Shown: positions 60,364 through 64,000 of the stretch, piece after piece | How the letters are laid out: each line of letters begins with the position of its first letter | How positions within the stretch are numbered: position 1 is the first letter of the stretch | Assembly: GCF_030028105.1 (NCBI RefSeq) | Contig: NC_092379.1 | Coordinates: 19,569,309 to 19,633,308 of the forward strand | Length of the DNA stretch: 64,000 nucleotides | DNA from: Mobula birostris | Lineage: Eukaryota | Direction: 5' to 3' | Program-made: the position numbers and the translations under genes | Notes under the pieces: model-generated | The model's database searches: none | What the model was told of the DNA's origin: nothing | What the model saw: only the letters and a program-made list of their open reading frames with translations

Positions 60364-62399
60364 CTGTGGGTTAGAAATGGAAATGCTCAGAATCGTACTG
60401 GAGATATTTCCATTGGTTGTGTTAGGTCCAGGCAGATCATCAGTACTTGACAGCTGCATTTAATGCAAACAGAATAACAGAAACACCCGGGGCTGAGTCA
60501 CGTGTCTCATATTCCTATAAGTTTGATTGAGAAAAGAAATTCAGAACAAAGGATATGCTAACGAGGTTTCGAATCCCTTTCTAATAACTGTACCAATCGG
60601 TTCACTGTGAGATGGAGCTCTGTGAGACAGAGAAGCATGCAGATTTCTCAGCAGAGACACAGCTCAGTATATTCTTTGCTTGGAGACTCAGTGCCATTGA
60701 TTAGTAACAATGAACACTGTGAATCAATGAGAATCCCTTTCTCCATCTGGGCTGAGCCTGGGATTCACTCAGTTTAATAACTTCACATCCCGACATTCCA
60801 GTCTCACTGTGACTGCACCTCTCCTCATCTCTGCAACCTTCACAGCTCATACAAACTTCAGACAGCATTGTATTCTTTCAACTCTGCTCACTCATACACC
60901 TGCACTACTCCTGCTGGTGCCTGTGGTTTTAGCATTCTTGCTGACAAACACTGAAGCCTCTGTCTCTCTTGAAATGAGCAGCCATGGTCAGAATGTATCC
61001 ATAAGTTAGGGACTGATGAACTGGCAACATGGGTTCAAATCCCAACCCGGTGGATGGGAGTTTAAATTCAATTCAGAAATGCCTTCTGGAGTAAAATGAA
61101 GACTCTGGAAGAATTTGTAGTGTTATTTGCTGTGGTAACTTCTGAAAAGAAATCTCATCTGGGCTGGCTGCTATGTGATTCCAGACCTGCAGCAATACAG
61201 CTGAACCTGAATCACCATCAGGAATGAGCCAGCAAGTCCCACTGTTCAAGAGCAATCAGTGATTGATAGGAAATGGTAAATTAAATAAATAGCCCTTTGT
61301 TCAGGTTACTGTCACTCTTGTGTGATTACACTCAAGTGAAGTTGTTGAGGTCGTCTCCCAATGCACTGTTGGCCAGAAAGAACTACCATCTATAGATCAG
61401 TGAATTTGGACCAGGGATCATTTCCAAATAAGAAGACACATGCGAGATGTTCTTTGGTTGGATATAACATGCAGGTCTGTGACTGTTGGGGTCTGTCTCT
61501 GCCTTGTGTGATCAAGCTGATTGCCGATTGAGAACAAAGAGCCATAGATTACTAGATGTCATTCCTCGATCAGAGCCAATAAGAAGGTGTTAGAGGTCAA
61601 TCAGGTGACTATAGCCAATATCACTGGAATGTAACATTTGAATTAGTAAGGAATGAACTTAAAAGCAGGTGCTTCAAGTGTGCTGGCAGCAGTGGCTCTG
61701 TAGGAGATTCACTTTCGTGGATATGAGGTGCCTCACGGATGTGGAGATTCAAAATGGGGCACCAAGGAACACGTGGCTAGCAGTAAAATCTCCTTTTTGA
61801 CTGGTATAATCTTTTTAATATTTGACTGTTCATGGAAGGTCAGGGAAACTCAGCAGGTGTGCACACAGGTATTGGTTGTGTAAGTTCACATGTTCTTGCA
61901 TTGAGACAATAAAGGTATTTGTCGGTAAATCCAATTCTCTCTGTGCCTCCCTGATCATTATTACAAGAGATGATATTTGTAACATCACTATTGTCTGTTG
62001 ACTTACATTGCAGCTCTCTGCACCTTGTGTACACCATTTACACACTCGGTCACCTTCAGGCAGGTGGGGTGTTTTTGCTCTTTGACATTTAGTGTGGAGG
62101 CTGATTGTGTTTGTGTCACAGTTGAGACCTTCAATGAGACTGTGAGTCAGTGTCTTTGTCTGAAGAAAGAGCAGATGTAACACACACGGTTCCAGTCTGA
62201 CTGGGACGGATCATCTGACAAAGTATGATATGTATTTCTCAACATTCCTCATTTCAGAAAGATTATGAGCGATTTTCTTTTAAAACAGAAAATCTGTGGG
62301 TGTAGTCTAGATGATCATTGTTGTCGTGTAATATCATAAATATGCAAACCTAGGTGTACACTGAAGGGTCACTGAATTATGAACCTCAGTTTAATCAGC

Positions 62400-63920
62400 A
62401 CTGTGATGTTGTTAAGCGTGTTTTCTGCAGTTTTCTCAGTTGTGTCCGATATCAGCACAGTCTTGAGGTTCAGCAGTCCCTGGGAAATGTGATCCCCACA
62501 TAAAACCTGACAGAGTCAGGATCGCTCCCCTTATTGCTGAATGCTGGCATTATTCCACAAGAAGCATATAATTCTATCAATGCTTGGGTAGTTCTAACAA
62601 AACATTCTCCTTTCTGACATTCCTTGGGATCACTGAGTTTTCCTCTTGGACTGAATTCGGTGCCCGGCACGTGGATCAATGTAACTTCAGCAATTTGTCT
62701 GGTCCAGGATTTACACACAGAGCATGCCAGATTGGACAGGAGACTGGTTGGACCCCAGTGTCTTGTCTCACCAATTTATCTTGTGCACAACATTTTCAAA
62801 GGGTCATGGTCCTTTGACTGAGCAAATTTGGAATTTCAGCCCTGTTCACCTTCATCACCTCGTGCCTCACAGCCATCGGGTGAAAAACAGGTTCCAGTTC
62901 TTGCTGACTGGAGTCAGACAGGAGGGAATCTGGCCAAGGAAACTGGAATTGGGATCTGAGTCACACTGAAGCAACAATGTATACAAATGAATGAGTGTAT
63001 GGACAACCAGAAACACAAGAGATTCTACAGATGCTGGAAATCTTGAACAACACACACAAAATGCTGGAGGAACTCGGTAAGTCAGGCAGCATCTGTGGAT
63101 GGAAATAAACAGTCAATATTTTGGGCCGAGAGATTCCACTGGTACTGGAAAGGAAGTGGGCAGAAGCCAGAGTAAGAAGGTGGGTGGAGCAGAGAGGAAT
63201 ACATTCTGTCAGATGAGAGGTGAGACCAGGTGAGGGGGAAAGTGTGTGGACGGGGGAGGCAGTATGAAGTAAGAAGCTGGTAGGGATAAGTGGAAGAGAT
63301 AAATGACTGAAACAGAAGGAGTCTGACAGGATAGTGGACCATGGAGGAAAGTGCAGGAGGAAGGGAACCAAATGGAGATGATGGGCAGGTGAGAAGTGTA
63401 GGGATGAGGGTGTATCTAGTATGGGGAATAGAACAAAAGGGAGAATAAAAGAGTTGGGGGGGGGTGTTACTGGAAGTTGCAGAAATCTGTATTCGTGCCA
63501 TCAGGTAGGCAGGTATCTGGATGGAATATGAGGTCCTGACTTTGGCCTCCCCCTGGCAGTAGAGAAGGAAATGGACAGACATGTCAGAATGGGAATGGGA
63601 AGTCAAATTGAAATAGCAGGACACAAGGATATTGAAAAGTCAAATTGAAATGTGGAGGGGAGAGGTAGTCATTTTAAATAACGTATTTTCATCACTGTCT
63701 GTGAAACTTCCATCCCAATGGATACCAGAGACAGGTCTGGAATCCAGTAAGTGGATTGTAAAAGAATTCATTGATGAATTGTACACAGCCAATCACCTTA
63801 TTTCACACTTTCCTGCTGAACAATGATACTGTTGGGTAGAACCATCGGAGAATGTTGCATTGAGATTACTCTGGTAAAAGAACATTGGCACAGGCTCCGA
63901 AAAACAGCTGGGACATTTTC
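62400..63920. repeat. Segmental duplication, homologous to 5925-7420
   Basis: Reciprocal of the match above. 63920-64000 begins a further tandem copy of ~63545-63630. Confidence 0.93.
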
Positions 63921-64000
63921 TCACCATGTCAGCAGAGGAGGCCATGGACAGACATGTCAGAATGGGACTGGGAAGCCAAATTGAAATAGATGGCCATGAG

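Overview
Eukaryotic, repeat-rich DNA from a cartilaginous fish (elasmobranch-type CR1, Rex1, Penelope and HE1/V-SINE repeats) containing parts of two tandem immunoglobulin heavy-chain miniloci on the minus strand, best assigned to IgW (omega). Cluster 1 (3' half, ~60.4-47.7 kb; its V-D-J-C1-C2 would lie beyond base 64000) has the exon order C3-C4-C5-C6+secretory tail, then a diverged duplicate pair C3'-C4', then a transmembrane exon. The membrane receptor therefore seems to have its own constant-domain cassette downstream of the secretory exon. Cluster 2 (~14.8-1.8 kb) has a leader and a VH followed by D-like bases and a 12-bp-spacer RSS (apparent germline-joined VD). I found no recognisable JH. 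Its C1 is broken (stop codon, SINE insertion, 3' half lost), C2 is absent, a putative short Cys-containing secretory exon is present, C3-C6 are absent, and an intact, conserved C3''-C4'' pair remains; its TM exon would lie left of the window. The ~33 kb between clusters is mostly nested transposon debris and includes a 151-base assembly gap. Domain numbers are inferred by homology. Coordinates, splice sites and identity counts were read by hand; repeat boundaries are approximate.
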